From Deltaproteobacteria bacterium (GTDB lineage: Bacteria > Desulfobacterota > Deferrimicrobia > Deferrimicrobiales > Deferrimicrobiaceae), in NCBI GenBank assembly GCA_016234845.1, contig JACRNP010000090.1, positions 3,434 to 67,433 on the forward strand: 64,000 bases of DNA, given 5' to 3'. Below are positions 19,104 to 29,544 of this stretch, piece by piece. How positions within the stretch are numbered: the first letter of the stretch is position 1; each line of letters starts with the position of its first letter. A program made the translations under genes and the position numbers. Under the pieces are notes generated by a model. It was not told the DNA's origin and ran no database searches. It was given only the letters and a program-made list of their open reading frames with translations.

Positions 19104-19993
19104 TTCCGGGCCGCCCCCGATGCGGAGCGGACGATCTCCGTGCCGACTCCCGCGTCGGTGAAGATCTCGAGCAGCACGCTGTGCGGGACCCTCCCGTCGA
19201 TCACGTGGACCTTCCGGACCCCCTTCCGCAGGGCGGTCAGGCCGCATTCGACCTTCGGGATCATCCCGCCGGTGATCTCCCCGGACCGGATGGCGGCGAC
19301 CGCCTCCTTCTCGGTCATCGTGGAGATCCTCTCCCCCTTCGCGTCGAGCACGCCCGCCACGTCGGTGAGGAGGATGAACTTTTCAGCCGCGACGGCCGCG
19401 GCGACCTCCGCGGCCGCCGTGTCGCCGTTGATGTTGTACCCCTCGCCCCCCTCTCCGACCCCGATCGGGGCGATGACCGGCACGAATCCGTCGGCCTCGA
19501 GGACCTTGAGGATGCCGGGACGGACCGCTTCCACCTCTCCCACCTGCCCGAGGTCGATCGGCTCGCCCGTCGCCCGGCTCTTCGCGGAGATCTTCCGCGC
19601 CCGGATCAGTCCGCCGTCCTTCCCGCACAGGCCGACCGCCTTGCCGCCGAACTTGTTGACCAGGGCCACGATCTGCTGGTTCACCGTGCCGCCCAGGACC
19701 ATCTCCACCACTTCCATGGCCTCGGCGGAGGTCACCCGGAGCCCCTCCTTCCGCTCGGTCGGGATCCCGAGAAGCTCGAGCATCCGGTCGATCTGCGGGC
19801 CGCCGCCATGCACGACGACGGGCCGGATGCCCACGTACTGCAGGAGGACGATGTCCTCCGCGAAGGACGCCATCCGCGCCTCGTCCTTCATCGCCGCTCC
19901 GCCGTACTTCACCACGACCGTCTTCCCGGTGAACTCGCGGATGTACGGAAGGGCCTCGATCAGCGTCTCCGCCTTCTGGATGTACCCCTTCAT
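19100..19993 (-). CDS. argB: Acetylglutamate kinase.
   Basis: VVVKYGGAAM, VVVHGGGPQI and the amino-acid kinase fold; 297 aa. Confidence 0.9.
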   Translation of the reverse strand: MKGYIQKAETLIEALPYIREFTGKTVVVKYGGAAMKDEARMASFAEDIVLLQYVGIRPVVVHGGGPQIDRMLELLGIPTERKEGLRVTSAEAMEVVEMVLGGTVNQQIVALVNKFGGKAVGLCGKDGGLIRARKISAKSRATGEPIDLGQVGEVEAVRPGILKVLEADGFVPVIAPIGVGEGGEGYNINGDTAAAEVAAAVAAEKFILLTDVAGVLDAKGERISTMTEKEAVAAIRSGEITGGMIPKVECGLTALRKGVRKVHVIDGRVPHSVLLEIFTDAGVGTEIVRSASGAARK

Positions 19994-20011
19994 CTCCCCC
20001 CCGCCCCTACG

Positions 20012-21391
20012 TCACAGGATGTAGCGGCTCAGGTCGGCGTCCTTCACGATCCCCGCGAGCCGGTCGTCCACGTATCGGCGCGTCACCACGACCTCGCTGC
20101 CGGATGCCTCCGGCGCCGAGAACAGCAGTTCGTCGAGAAGGCGCTCCATCATGGTGTGGAGGCGTCTCGCCCCGATGTTCTCGGTGCGGTCGTTCACTTC
20201 GCACCCCATCTCCGCGATCCGGTCGACCGCGCCCGGTTCGAACGAGAGCCGGACCCCCTCGGTCGCAAGCAAAGCCTCGTACTGCCGGAGGAGCGCTCCG
20301 TGCGGTTCCGTCAAGATCCTCACGAAATCCTCCTTCGTCAAGGAGGAAAGCTCCACCCGGATGGGGAACCGCCCCTGGAGCTCCGGGATCAGGTCGGACG
20401 GCTTGTTCACGTGAAACGCCCCGGCGGCGATGAACAGGATGTGGTCGGTCCGGACGACGCCGTACTTCGTGTTCACGCTGGACCCCTCGACGATCGGCAG
20501 CAGGTCCCGCTGCACCCCCTGCCGGGAGACGTCCGGCCCCCCGTGGGACTCCCTTCCGGCGATCTTGTCGATCTCGTCGAGGAACACGATGCCGGACTGT
20601 TCGGCCCGCTCCACCGCCAGCAGCTTCACCCGGTCCATGTCGACCCGCTTCGCCGCCTCCTCCTGTTCCAGGAAGCGGATGGCCTCCGGGACCTTCAGCC
20701 GCTTCCTCCGGGTCCGTTTCGGAAACAGGTTGGACAGCATCTCCTGGAGGTTCCCCTCCATCCCGTCCGGGGCGCCCCCCGCGACGCCCCCGAGTTCGAT
20801 CACGGGGAGAGACGCCTCCCGGACCTCCACCTCCACCGTCCGGTCCGCGAGCTTCCCCTGGCGAAGCATCGAACGGAACTTCTCCCGGGTCTCCGCCGAC
20901 CCGTCCGCCGCCGACGGCGAAACGGGATCGGCCGGGCGGGCGGGCACGCGCGGGAGAAGGAGGTCCAGGAGCCGCTCCTCGGCGTCGGCCCTCGCCCGGT
21001 CGGCGACCTTCTCCATCTCCTCCGCCCGCACCATCCGGACGGCGATCTCCGCGAGGTCGCGGACGATCGACTCGACGTCGCGCCCCACGTACCCCACCTC
21101 GGTGAACTTGGACGCCTCCACCTTGAGGAACGGGGCCTGGGCCAGCTTCGCCAGCCGCCGGGCGATCTCGGTCTTCCCGACCCCCGTCGGGCCGACCATG
21201 ATGATGTTCTTCGGCGCGATCTCGTCCCGCAGCTCGGGAGCCACCTGCTGCCGCCGCCACCGGTTGCGGAGAGCGATGGCGACCGCGCGCTTGGCGGCCC
21301 CCTGGCCGACGATGTGACGGTCGAGTTCCGAGACGATCTCCCGGGGAATCAGGTGCCGTTCCTGTCCGATCCCGGCCGTCTCCCGCGTCAC
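20012..21391 (-). CDS. hslU: ATP-dependent protease ATPase subunit HslU.
   Basis: [17 protein letters not shown], Walker [19 protein letters not shown]-domain, FLDEIDKIA; the GTG start overlaps the hslV TGA (GTGA). Confidence 0.9.
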   Translation of the reverse strand: MTRETAGIGQERHLIPREIVSELDRHIVGQGAAKRAVAIALRNRWRRQQVAPELRDEIAPKNIIMVGPTGVGKTEIARRLAKLAQAPFLKVEASKFTEVGYVGRDVESIVRDLAEIAVRMVRAEEMEKVADRARADAEERLLDLLLPRVPARPADPVSPSAADGSAETREKFRSMLRQGKLADRTVEVEVREASLPVIELGGVAGGAPDGMEGNLQEMLSNLFPKRTRRKRLKVPEAIRFLEQEEAAKRVDMDRVKLLAVERAEQSGIVFLDEIDKIAGRESHGGPDVSRQGVQRDLLPIVEGSSVNTKYGVVRTDHILFIAAGAFHVNKPSDLIPELQGRFPIRVELSSLTKEDFVRILTEPHGALLRQYEALLATEGVRLSFEPGAVDRIAEMGCEVNDRTENIGARRLHTMMERLLDELLFSAPEASGSEVVVTRRYVDDRLAGIVKDADLSRYIL

Positions 21392-21930
21392 GGCGCGTCG
21401 ATCTCCTCGGCGACGATGTTCGCGTTCGTGAAGACGCAGATCTCCGAGGCGACCCGGACCGCCTCCCGGGCGATTTCGCCGGCCGAAAGCGTCGTGTGGA
21501 GCAGGAGGGCGCGCGCCGCCGCGAGCGCGAACGATCCGCCGGAGCCGATGCCGATCACCCCGTCGTCGGGCTCGACCACGTCCCCGTTCCCGGACAGGAG
21601 CATCAGCTCCTTCCCGTCGGTGACCACCATCAGGGCCTCCAGCCGCCGAAGGACGCGGTCCGTCCGCCACTCCTTCGCCAGTTCGACCGCGGCCCGCCGC
21701 AGGTTTCCGCGGAACTCCGAGAGCTTCGCCTCGAACCGCTCGAAGAGGGTGAAAGCGTCCGCCGTGCCGCCGGCGAAGCCGGCGACCACCGCACCGTCAT
21801 GGAGCCGGCGGATCTTCCGGGCCGTCTGCTTCAGAACCGCGTTCCCCATCGTCACCTGCCCGTCCCCGGCCAGGGCGACTTTCCCGCCGCGCGAAACGGC
21901 GACGATGGTGGTTCCCTGGAACGGGATCAT
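21388..21930 (-). CDS. hslV: ATP-dependent protease subunit HslV.
   Basis: TTIVAV...[10 protein letters not shown]...GSGG matches HslV. The ATG overlaps the xerC TGA, giving MIPFQG before the catalytic Thr. Confidence 0.85.
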   Translation of the reverse strand: MIPFQGTTIVAVSRGGKVALAGDGQVTMGNAVLKQTARKIRRLHDGAVVAGFAGGTADAFTLFERFEAKLSEFRGNLRRAAVELAKEWRTDRVLRRLEALMVVTDGKELMLLSGNGDVVEPDDGVIGIGSGGSFALAAARALLLHTTLSAGEIAREAVRVASEICVFTNANIVAEEIDAP

Positions 21931-22898
21931 TCGTCCTTTCCCCCGGAGCGGCGCCGCGACTTCGCGGCCGCAAGCGGATGCGCCTTCCCGTAGGCCCCCG
22001 TCAGGTGGCTCACGTCGACCCTCGCGTACCGCTGGGTCGTCGAGAGCGACGAATGGCCCAGCATCTCCTGGATCGCGCGCAGGTCGGCCCCCGACTCGAG
22101 CAGGTGCGTCGCGAAGGAGTGCCGCATCCCGTGCGGGGAGAGGCGGCGACCGACATTCCCGTCCGCGATCGCGCGCTCCAGCATCCTCGCCACGCTGCGC
22201 GCCGAGATCCCTCCGCCCGATTTCCCGCCGACCTTCCCGCTCCGGTTCAGGAAGAGCGGTTCCTCCGATGCGTCCCGGAAATCGCCGCCGAGAGCGGCCG
22301 GTCGCACCGCGAGGTACTCCTTCAATGCGTGGACCGCCTTTGCTCCCACGGGGACCACCCGCGTCTTCCTCCCCTTCCCGGTAACGCGGACCGTCCCGCC
22401 CTCGAGGGACACGTCCCGCAACCGGAGGGCGACCAGTTCCCCGACCCGCAGTCCCGAGGAGTAGAGCAGTTCGAGGATCGCGGCGTTCCGCTTCGACGGC
22501 GGGTCGTCCGCCGGGAGGGAGGCGAGGAACCCTCCCATCTGGTCCACGGGCAGGAACTCCGGAAGCCGGGCCGGTCGCCGGGGAGCCGACAGCCCCGTCG
22601 CGGGATTCGCCCGGATCTCCCCCAGCGAAACCAGGAAGGAGAAGAAGGTCCGGACCGCGGACAACCTGCGGGCGGCCGTGGACGGCTCGCACCCCGCGAT
22701 GGCTTCGGTGAGGAACCGCCGGACGTCCGCCGGCGTGACCCGGTCCCACCCCCCGGGGTCGGGATCGGAGCCGGTCGACGCAGCGACGTGTTCGCGGAGG
22801 GAGCGAACCTCGCGAAGGTAGGCGCGGACGGTTTCCTTCGACGCGTTCCGCTCCGCCTCGAGAGCCTTGCGAAACCTCTGGACCGCCCCCTCACCCAC
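21927..22898 (-). CDS. xerC: Tyrosine recombinase XerC/XerD.
   Basis: Phage-integrase fold with R...HxxR...Y ([12 protein letters not shown]...[15 protein letters not shown]); the xerC-hslVU linkage is conserved. Confidence 0.8.
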   Translation of the reverse strand: MGEGAVQRFRKALEAERNASKETVRAYLREVRSLREHVAASTGSDPDPGGWDRVTPADVRRFLTEAIAGCEPSTAARRLSAVRTFFSFLVSLGEIRANPATGLSAPRRPARLPEFLPVDQMGGFLASLPADDPPSKRNAAILELLYSSGLRVGELVALRLRDVSLEGGTVRVTGKGRKTRVVPVGAKAVHALKEYLAVRPAALGGDFRDASEEPLFLNRSGKVGGKSGGGISARSVARMLERAIADGNVGRRLSPHGMRHSFATHLLESGADLRAIQEMLGHSSLSTTQRYARVDVSHLTGAYGKAHPLAAAKSRRRSGGKDE

Positions 22899-22983
22899 CG
22901 TGGCGCTTCCCCCGCACCGGAAAAGAGTTTTTTAACACTTCCGCCGTTCCCGATCAAGGTCCGGAAAGGGGATTCGGGAGGGA

Positions 22984-24180
22984 TCACTCCGCCCGGATTT
23001 CCGGGGGTCGCGGCCGGGATACCCGGTTCCTGCCGGTCTCCTTCGCGTGGTACAGGGCCGCGTCCGCGATGCGCACCAGCTCCGAGAAGCTCTCACCGTC
23101 CTGCGGGTAGGTGGCGACGCCCCCGCTGACCGTGATCCGGACGGGCTCGGGCACTCCCGGAAGGGCGAACGGAGTCGACTCGAGCGCGGCGCGAAGCCGG
23201 TCGGCGTGGAGGAACACCTGCTCGGCGTCGAGGGACGAGACCATCAGCGCGAACTCCTCGCCGCCGTACCGGACCACCGCGTCGGAGCTTCGCGTGGCGT
23301 CCCGGAGGAACGAGGCGAGCTGCCGGAGGACCGCGTCCCCCGCGGGGTGGCCGTACCGGTCGTTGATCGACTTGAAGTGGTCGATGTCGAACAGGATGAA
23401 CGACAGCGGAAGGGCGTAGCTGCGCGCCCGCCGCATCTCGACCACGCACCGCTCGGCGAGGTAGGCGCGGTTGTGGAGGCCGGTCAGCGGGTCGGTCATC
23501 GCCCGCTGCTCGAGCGTCTCGATCGCCAGCGCGCTCTGGAACGCGTTCGCGATCAGGTCGGCGAGCATGGACGCGTACCGCCGTTCCTGCTCCAGGTCGA
23601 CCGTCACGCCCGCCACGACCATGACGGCCACCACGGTGTCCTCGACGACGACGGGGAGGACCGCGTCCGGGACCATTCCGGCGCGCTCCAGCCCCGACAG
23701 GTCCGAAAGGCCTCGCAGGGCGGCGTGCTCCTGCCGAAGGACGAGCACCTTGTTCGCCATCGCCAGGGCGAGGATCCCCTCCCCGGGGGAGACGCGAAGC
23801 GACTGCTTCCACGCGGGGGGAACCCCGACGCCTTCCGTGAGGACGAGGTTGCCGTCCTTCGCGACCCGGAGGAAGGCGATCTGCGCGGGCTTGAAGAACT
23901 CCTTCACCAGGCGGACCGCGAGCCGCGGGAGGGCCGTGTGGGGCTGCCGTTCCCCGAGGCGGCGCACGATCGAAGGGATCAGCACCGCGATCTCCGTTTC
24001 GCGCGCCTTTCCCTCCTGGTGGTGCTGGAGCCCGCGTTGGACCTCGCGATTCTCCGCCCGCCGCGCCCGCAGCTCCGCTTCCTTCTTCCGGAGCTCGACG
24101 GCCTGGATCGCCCAGCCGACCACGGCCCCCGCCGCGAAGAACACGGCGCAGGCGATCACCGCCGCCATCGCGACCAGCAA
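22984..24180 (-). CDS. Membrane-anchored GGDEF diguanylate cyclase with a GAF-like sensor region.
   Basis: N-terminal TM helix, central sensor region, C-terminal GGDEF domain with an intact RYGGEEF active site. Confidence 0.8.
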   Translation of the reverse strand: MLVAMAAVIACAVFFAAGAVVGWAIQAVELRKKEAELRARRAENREVQRGLQHHQEGKARETEIAVLIPSIVRRLGERQPHTALPRLAVRLVKEFFKPAQIAFLRVAKDGNLVLTEGVGVPPAWKQSLRVSPGEGILALAMANKVLVLRQEHAALRGLSDLSGLERAGMVPDAVLPVVVEDTVVAVMVVAGVTVDLEQERRYASMLADLIANAFQSALAIETLEQRAMTDPLTGLHNRAYLAERCVVEMRRARSYALPLSFILFDIDHFKSINDRYGHPAGDAVLRQLASFLRDATRSSDAVVRYGGEEFALMVSSLDAEQVFLHADRLRAALESTPFALPGVPEPVRITVSGGVATYPQDGESFSELVRIADAALYHAKETGRNRVSRPRPPEIRAE

Positions 24181-24183
24181 CCG

Positions 24184-25512
24184 TTATCCTCCTTCCGCGC
24201 GAAACGCCGGGCAGGACCCCGCGAACCTCCGGGCCGCCTCCAGCGCGATTTCCGCCTTGCGCTCCTTCCGGTCCCTCTTCCTCCGCGCCGGCACCTCCGG
24301 GAGGAGACCGAAATTCGCGTTCATCGGCTGGGGCTCCCCGCTCCCCGGCGTCGTGATGTGCGCCATCAGGGCGCCGATCATCGTCTCCGGCGGAAAGGGG
24401 ACCGGTTCCTCTCCGCGCGCGCGCCGCCCGGCGGAAATCGCCGCGACCAGGCCGGAGGCGATCGACTCCACGTACCCCTCGACGCCCGTGATCTGTCCCG
24501 CGAAGAACAGCCCGCGACGATGCCGCGATTCCATCCAGGGATGGAGGTGGCGACGGGCGTCGAGAAAACCGTTGCGGTGGACCGAACCGTGCCGCAGGAA
24601 GGTCGCGCCGGACAACCCCGGGATCATCGAGAAGACCCGCTCCTGCTCGGGGTACGCGAGCCGCGTCTGGAACCCGACGAGATTATACATCGTGCCCGCC
24701 GCGTTCTCCTTGCGAAGCTGGACGACCGCGTGCGGGATCCTCCCCGTCCGGGGGTCGGGGAGGCCGACCGGCCGCAACGGACCGTAGAGGAGGGTTTCCG
24801 GTCCGCGACGCGCCATCTCCTCCACCGGCATGCACCCTTCGAAGAATTTCGGGTCCTCGAACTCCCGCAGGGGGACCGTCCGCGCCGAGAGGAGGGCCCG
24901 GAGGAACGCGTCGTACTGTCCGCGGTCCATCGGGAGATTCAGATAATCGCCCGTCCCCGCGCCGTATCGGTCCGCCACGTAGGACGCGCTTCGATCGATC
25001 GACTCCGCGTCCACGATCGGCGAGATCGCGTCGTAAAAATGGAATCCCCCGTCTCCCAGGTGGGCGCGGATCGCCTCCGCGATGGATCCGGACGCGAGGG
25101 GGCCGCACGCCAGGACGACCAGGGGGTCCCCCGGGATCTCCGTCGCCTCCCGCTCCCGGACGACGATCGCGCGCCGCGAGCGGACCGCGGCGGTGACGTT
25201 CCGCGCGAACAGCTCGCGGTCCACCGCGAGCGCCTTGCCGGCGGGGACCCTCGCCGGATCCGCCAGCGTCATCAGGCGCGAGCCGAGGATGCGGAGCTCC
25301 TCCTTGAGGAGCCCCTTGCCCGACGACCGCTCCTCGGACCCCAGGGAGTTGCTGCAGACCAGCTCCCCGAACCACCCGGTCCGGTGCGCTTCCGTGCCGC
25401 GCGACGGGCGCATCTCGATGAGCGTGACCGGGATCCCGGCGTCCGCGAGGAGAAGCGCCGCCTCCGATCCGGCGAGGCCGGCCCCCACGACCGTCACGGC
25501 GGCGTCAGGCAC
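24184..25512 (-). CDS. trmFO: Methylenetetrahydrofolate--tRNA-(uracil-5-)-methyltransferase TrmFO.
   Basis: VVGAGLAGSEAA FAD motif plus the TrmFO/GidA-like body; 442 aa. Confidence 0.85.
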   Translation of the reverse strand: MPDAAVTVVGAGLAGSEAALLLADAGIPVTLIEMRPSRGTEAHRTGWFGELVCSNSLGSEERSSGKGLLKEELRILGSRLMTLADPARVPAGKALAVDRELFARNVTAAVRSRRAIVVREREATEIPGDPLVVLACGPLASGSIAEAIRAHLGDGGFHFYDAISPIVDAESIDRSASYVADRYGAGTGDYLNLPMDRGQYDAFLRALLSARTVPLREFEDPKFFEGCMPVEEMARRGPETLLYGPLRPVGLPDPRTGRIPHAVVQLRKENAAGTMYNLVGFQTRLAYPEQERVFSMIPGLSGATFLRHGSVHRNGFLDARRHLHPWMESRHRRGLFFAGQITGVEGYVESIASGLVAAISAGRRARGEEPVPFPPETMIGALMAHITTPGSGEPQPMNANFGLLPEVPARRKRDRKERKAEIALEAARRFAGSCPAFRAEGG

Positions 25513-27169
25513 CGCGGCCCCCCTCCCGCAGCGAGGGGAGGAAGACGGAAAAGGTGCTTCCGCCGCCCGGCGTGGATCGCACCTCGATGAACCCCTTGTG
25601 GAAGTGCACGATCCGCTGCGAGATGGAAAGTCCGAGCCCCGTGCCGCCCTCCTTGGTCGTGAAGAAGGGGTTGAAGATCCTGTCCAGGTTCCTCGGTTCG
25701 ATCCCCTCGCCGGAATCGGAGACCGTCGCGGCGACGTACCGGACTCCGTGGCGGATCTGCTCGAACACGTCCACCCGGATGCGGCCCCCCGCCGGCGTCG
25801 CCTGGACGGCGTTCCGCACCAGGTTCCACGCCACCTGCGTGAGCTGCTCCGCGTCCCCTTCCACCGGGAGCTCGCCCGCGCCCAGGAATTCGACCGTCAC
25901 GCCCTTCCCGCGCCCCTCCCCCGCGCGGACCGCCTCCACCACGTCCTTCATCAGCGTCCCCAGGTCGACCGGGCCGGTGTTTCGGAGCGAGTGACCCGTG
26001 TAGGCGAGGAAATCGGAGATCAGCCCGTTCAGCCGCTTCGTCTCCCGCTCGATGATCTCCAGGAGCGTGGCCGCTTCCCCGGGCACCTCGGGAGAATCCC
26101 GGAGGAGCTGGGAAGAGCCCGCGATGGAGGCGAGCGGGTTGCGGATCTCGTGGGCGAGCCCCGCGGCGAGCTCCCCGACGCCCGCCAGCCGGTCCGCGAT
26201 CCGCACGCGCTCCTCCATCTGCTTGATGGGGGTCAGGTCCTGGAAGATGACCACGCGGCCGATCGTGCGGCCTTCGGCGTCCTTCATCGGGGAGGAGGAG
26301 AAACCTAGGTAGATCTCCGAGCCGTCGGATCGCCGGAACCGCGTCTCGGGACGGGGCGCCGGGGAATCCTCCTTCCCCTCGCCCCCGTCGATCCCGGAGA
26401 AGATCCGGTTCAACGGGGTTCCGGTGGCCTCCTCCCGGGTCACGCCCAGGATCGAACAGGCCGCGTCGTTCAGCAGGCTCACCATCCCCCCGGTATCGGT
26501 CGTCAGGATCCCGGAGGGGATGTTGTCGATCACGTTCTTGTGGAACGTCTCGAGCTTCAGGATGACCTCGTCCCGGTCCTGGACGCGCTGCTTTCCCCTC
26601 CGGATGTCCTCGCCGAGAAGTCCGGAGAGAACGCCGGTGAGGAGGAACCCGGTCGAGTGGGTCACCCCGGAACGGACGACCTGCGACAGGACGATCGACG
26701 CTTCCTCCGTCCCCGGGGGAACGACGATCCCGCGGAACTGGAGGTACACGAGGAGGGAGAACGCGGACGACGAGAGGACCGCCCACGCCACGGCCCCCCG
26801 CATGTACCGTTCGAGGCTGCCGAGGAGGATGACCACCACGTACATGAAGGAGAAGATGCTGTCGTACCCGCCGGTCGCGAAGACGAGAATCGAGATGAAC
26901 GCGACGTCCGCCAGCGCCTGGGCGTAGATGAACGGTTCGGGGAGATCGGTGCCTCCCCAGACGGCGTATCGGATGAGGAGCCAGCCGTAGGACAGCAGCA
27001 CGGCGAGATACAGGAACTGGAACCCCCCCGTGAAGAGGAGGTCCGGGGAGCGGAACTGCACCGACACCACGGACGAAAGGAGCGCGAAGCTGATCCCGGA
27101 TCGGACCAGGAGGAAATTCCGCCCTCCCGGCCCCCGACCCACGCGTCCCTCTCCGGGGACACGGGGCAA
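25505..27169 (-). CDS. pilS: PilS-like sensor histidine kinase.
   Basis: A multi-helix membrane domain, a PAS region, HisKA (LAHEIRNPL) and HATPase_c (GTGLGLSI); sits immediately downstream of pilC. Confidence 0.75.
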   Translation of the reverse strand: MPRVPGEGRVGRGPGGRNFLLVRSGISFALLSSVVSVQFRSPDLLFTGGFQFLYLAVLLSYGWLLIRYAVWGGTDLPEPFIYAQALADVAFISILVFATGGYDSIFSFMYVVVILLGSLERYMRGAVAWAVLSSSAFSLLVYLQFRGIVVPPGTEEASIVLSQVVRSGVTHSTGFLLTGVLSGLLGEDIRRGKQRVQDRDEVILKLETFHKNVIDNIPSGILTTDTGGMVSLLNDAACSILGVTREEATGTPLNRIFSGIDGGEGKEDSPAPRPETRFRRSDGSEIYLGFSSSPMKDAEGRTIGRVVIFQDLTPIKQMEERVRIADRLAGVGELAAGLAHEIRNPLASIAGSSQLLRDSPEVPGEAATLLEIIERETKRLNGLISDFLAYTGHSLRNTGPVDLGTLMKDVVEAVRAGEGRGKGVTVEFLGAGELPVEGDAEQLTQVAWNLVRNAVQATPAGGRIRVDVFEQIRHGVRYVAATVSDSGEGIEPRNLDRIFNPFFTTKEGGTGLGLSISQRIVHFHKGFIEVRSTPGGGSTFSVFLPSLREGGRGA

Positions 27170-27179
27170 CGGCTGCCGC

Positions 27180-28394
27180 CTATCCGATGGTCCCGGCCAG
27201 CTTGAAGACCGGCAGGTACATCGCGATGACGAGTCCGCCGATGACCACCCCGAGGAAGACCATCAGCATCGGTTCGAGCAGCGAGGTGAGCGCCTCCACC
27301 GCGGAGTCGACCTCTTCGTCGTAGAAATCGGCGATCTTGTTCAGCATCGCGTCGAGCGCGCCGGTCGCCTCTCCCACCGCGACCATCTGGGTGACCATCG
27401 GCGGGAAGACGTTGCTCTCGGCCAGCGGCTCCGCGATGGTCTTCCCCTCGCTGATGCTGCCCCGCGCCTTGAAGATCGCGTCCTCGATGATCTTGTTCCC
27501 CGCGGTCTTCGCGACGATGTCCATGCTCTCCAGGATGGGCACGCCGCTGCTCACCATCGTCCCCAAAGTCCTCGAGAAGCGGGCCACCGCGATCCGCTGC
27601 AGCAGGGAGCCGACGACGGGAAGCCGCAGCAGGAGGCGGTCGACGTTCCGGCGGCCGGACTCCTGCCGCACGTACCACTTGAAGGCCGCGCCGATCAGGA
27701 ACACCACCGCGATGAAGACGAAGAAATATTTCCGGGTGATGTCGCTCAGCCGGAGCACGATCTGGGTGGGCGCCGGGAGCGCCTGGCCGAAATCGGCGAA
27801 CATCTTCGCGAAGATCGGGATGACGTAGAGGAGCAGGACCACGGTGACGACGACGGCCACGGCGACGATCGTGGACGGGTACACCATCGCCCCCTTGATC
27901 TTCTTGGCGAGCTTCATCGCCTTCTCGATGTGCTCCGCGAGGCGGGAGAGGATCGTGTCGAGGATGCCGCCCACCTCCCCGGCGGCGACCAGGTTGACGA
28001 AGAGGGCGTCGAACACCTTCGGGTGTTTCCCCAGCGCGTCGGCGAACGTGGAGCCGCTCTCCACGTCCTCCTTGACCCGCACGATCACCTTCTTGAAGGA
28101 CGGATTCTCCTGCTGCGCGCCCAGGATGTCCAGGCATTGGACCAGCGGGAGCCCCGCGTCGATCATCGTGGCGAACTGCCGGGTGAAGATGGCCAGCTCC
28201 TTCTGCGAGATCTTCTTCTCCCCCTTCCACGGAAGGGAGATCGCCAGCCCTTCGCCCTTCTTGCGGATCTTGATCGGGGCGATCTGGTCCCGGCGAAGCT
28301 GCGCGAGGACGAACGCCTCGTTGGGAGCTTCGATCTCCCCGGTCACCGTTCCGCCGCCGCGGTTCCTTCCTTCCCACGTGAATCGAGCCATCAT
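27180..28394 (-). CDS. pilC: Type IV pilus platform protein PilC.
   Basis: GspF/PilC family with two T2SSF repeats and three TM segments; 404 aa. Confidence 0.9.
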   Translation of the reverse strand: MMARFTWEGRNRGGGTVTGEIEAPNEAFVLAQLRRDQIAPIKIRKKGEGLAISLPWKGEKKISQKELAIFTRQFATMIDAGLPLVQCLDILGAQQENPSFKKVIVRVKEDVESGSTFADALGKHPKVFDALFVNLVAAGEVGGILDTILSRLAEHIEKAMKLAKKIKGAMVYPSTIVAVAVVVTVVLLLYVIPIFAKMFADFGQALPAPTQIVLRLSDITRKYFFVFIAVVFLIGAAFKWYVRQESGRRNVDRLLLRLPVVGSLLQRIAVARFSRTLGTMVSSGVPILESMDIVAKTAGNKIIEDAIFKARGSISEGKTIAEPLAESNVFPPMVTQMVAVGEATGALDAMLNKIADFYDEEVDSAVEALTSLLEPMLMVFLGVVIGGLVIAMYLPVFKLAGTIG

Positions 28395-28421
28395 CTCCTC
28401 CGTCGCGTTGAAGAAACGGTT

Positions 28422-29519
28422 CTACGCCCTGCGCCCGGCCCCGGGAGGGGCGCTCTGCGCGGTGGTCAGCAGGTTGCGGAATTCGTCCGGATCGTTGCTG
28501 CGTCCGACCGCGTCGTCGAGCGTGATCTCCCGACGCATGTAGCAGCCCAGCAGGGACTGGTTCATGGTCTGCATCCCGAACTTCGTCTGTCCCACCTGCA
28601 TCTGGGAGTAGATCTGGTGGACCTTCTCCTCCCGGATGAGGTTCCGGATGGCCGGGTTGGGGATCATCACCTCCAGCGCCAGCACCCGCCCCGATCCGTT
28701 CGCCCGCGGGATGAGGATCTGGGAGATGACCCCTTCCAGGACGAACGAGAGCTGCGCGCGGACCTGCGGCTGCTGGTACGGCGGAAACACGTCGAGGATC
28801 CGGTTGATCGTCTGGACGCACGAGTTGGTGTGGAGCGTGGCGAACACGAGGTGCCCGGTCTCCGCCACGGTGAGCGCCGCCTCGATCGTCTCCAGGTCCC
28901 GCATCTCGCCGATCAGCACGACGTCGGGATCCTGCCGGAGGATGTACTTCAGCGCCTTCTTGAAGGTCTGCGTGTCCGCGTTGACCTCCCGCTGGTTCAC
29001 GAGGCACTTCTTGTGCGGGTGGAGGTATTCGATCGGGTCCTCGATCGTGATGATGTGCTCCTGCCGCTCGTTGTTGATCTTGTCGAGCATCGCGGCGAGG
29101 GTCGTGGATTTCCCCGACCCGGTCGGCCCGGTGATCAGCACCAGCCCGCGCGGCTTCTTGCAGAGGTCCTTCATCACGGCCGGCAGCCCCAGTTCCTCGA
29201 ACGGACGGACCCGGAACGGGATCGTCCGGAACGCCCCGGCGCACGCGCCGCGCTGCATGTACACGTTGGCGCGGAACCGCGACAGCCCCTTCACGCCGAA
29301 CGACAGGTCGAGCTCCCAATCCTCCTCGAACCGCTGCTTCTGCGCCTCGGTGAGGATGCTGTAGCACAGCCGCTTGGTGTCCTGCGGCATCAGCGGCTCG
29401 AAGGGCAGCGGGATGAGGCGGCCGTCGACCCGGATCGTCGGGGCGATCCCGGTGGTCAGGTGGAGATCGGACGCCCCCTTCTCGTACATCAACCCGAGAA
29501 GCTCCTGCATCGTTACCAT
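28422..29519 (-). CDS. pilT: Twitching-motility retraction ATPase PilT.
   Basis: LVLITGPTGSGKSTT Walker A, Asp box, His box; 365 aa. Confidence 0.9.
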   Translation of the reverse strand: MVTMQELLGLMYEKGASDLHLTTGIAPTIRVDGRLIPLPFEPLMPQDTKRLCYSILTEAQKQRFEEDWELDLSFGVKGLSRFRANVYMQRGACAGAFRTIPFRVRPFEELGLPAVMKDLCKKPRGLVLITGPTGSGKSTTLAAMLDKINNERQEHIITIEDPIEYLHPHKKCLVNQREVNADTQTFKKALKYILRQDPDVVLIGEMRDLETIEAALTVAETGHLVFATLHTNSCVQTINRILDVFPPYQQPQVRAQLSFVLEGVISQILIPRANGSGRVLALEVMIPNPAIRNLIREEKVHQIYSQMQVGQTKFGMQTMNQSLLGCYMRREITLDDAVGRSNDPDEFRNLLTTAQSAPPGAGRRA

Positions 29520-29544
29520 CCGCGGTGCTCCTTTCCCTGCAGGA

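Noticed and set aside
13261-22384. Very long plus-strand ORFs (for example 13261..15813, 15119..16993, 16984..19053, 17841..20024, 19181..22384) and minus-strand shadow frames (for example 14246..15742, 15477..16904).
   Set aside because: All are antisense or off-frame to the lysA-arg-hslVU-xerC operon genes and show low-complexity composition. They are GC-driven artefacts.
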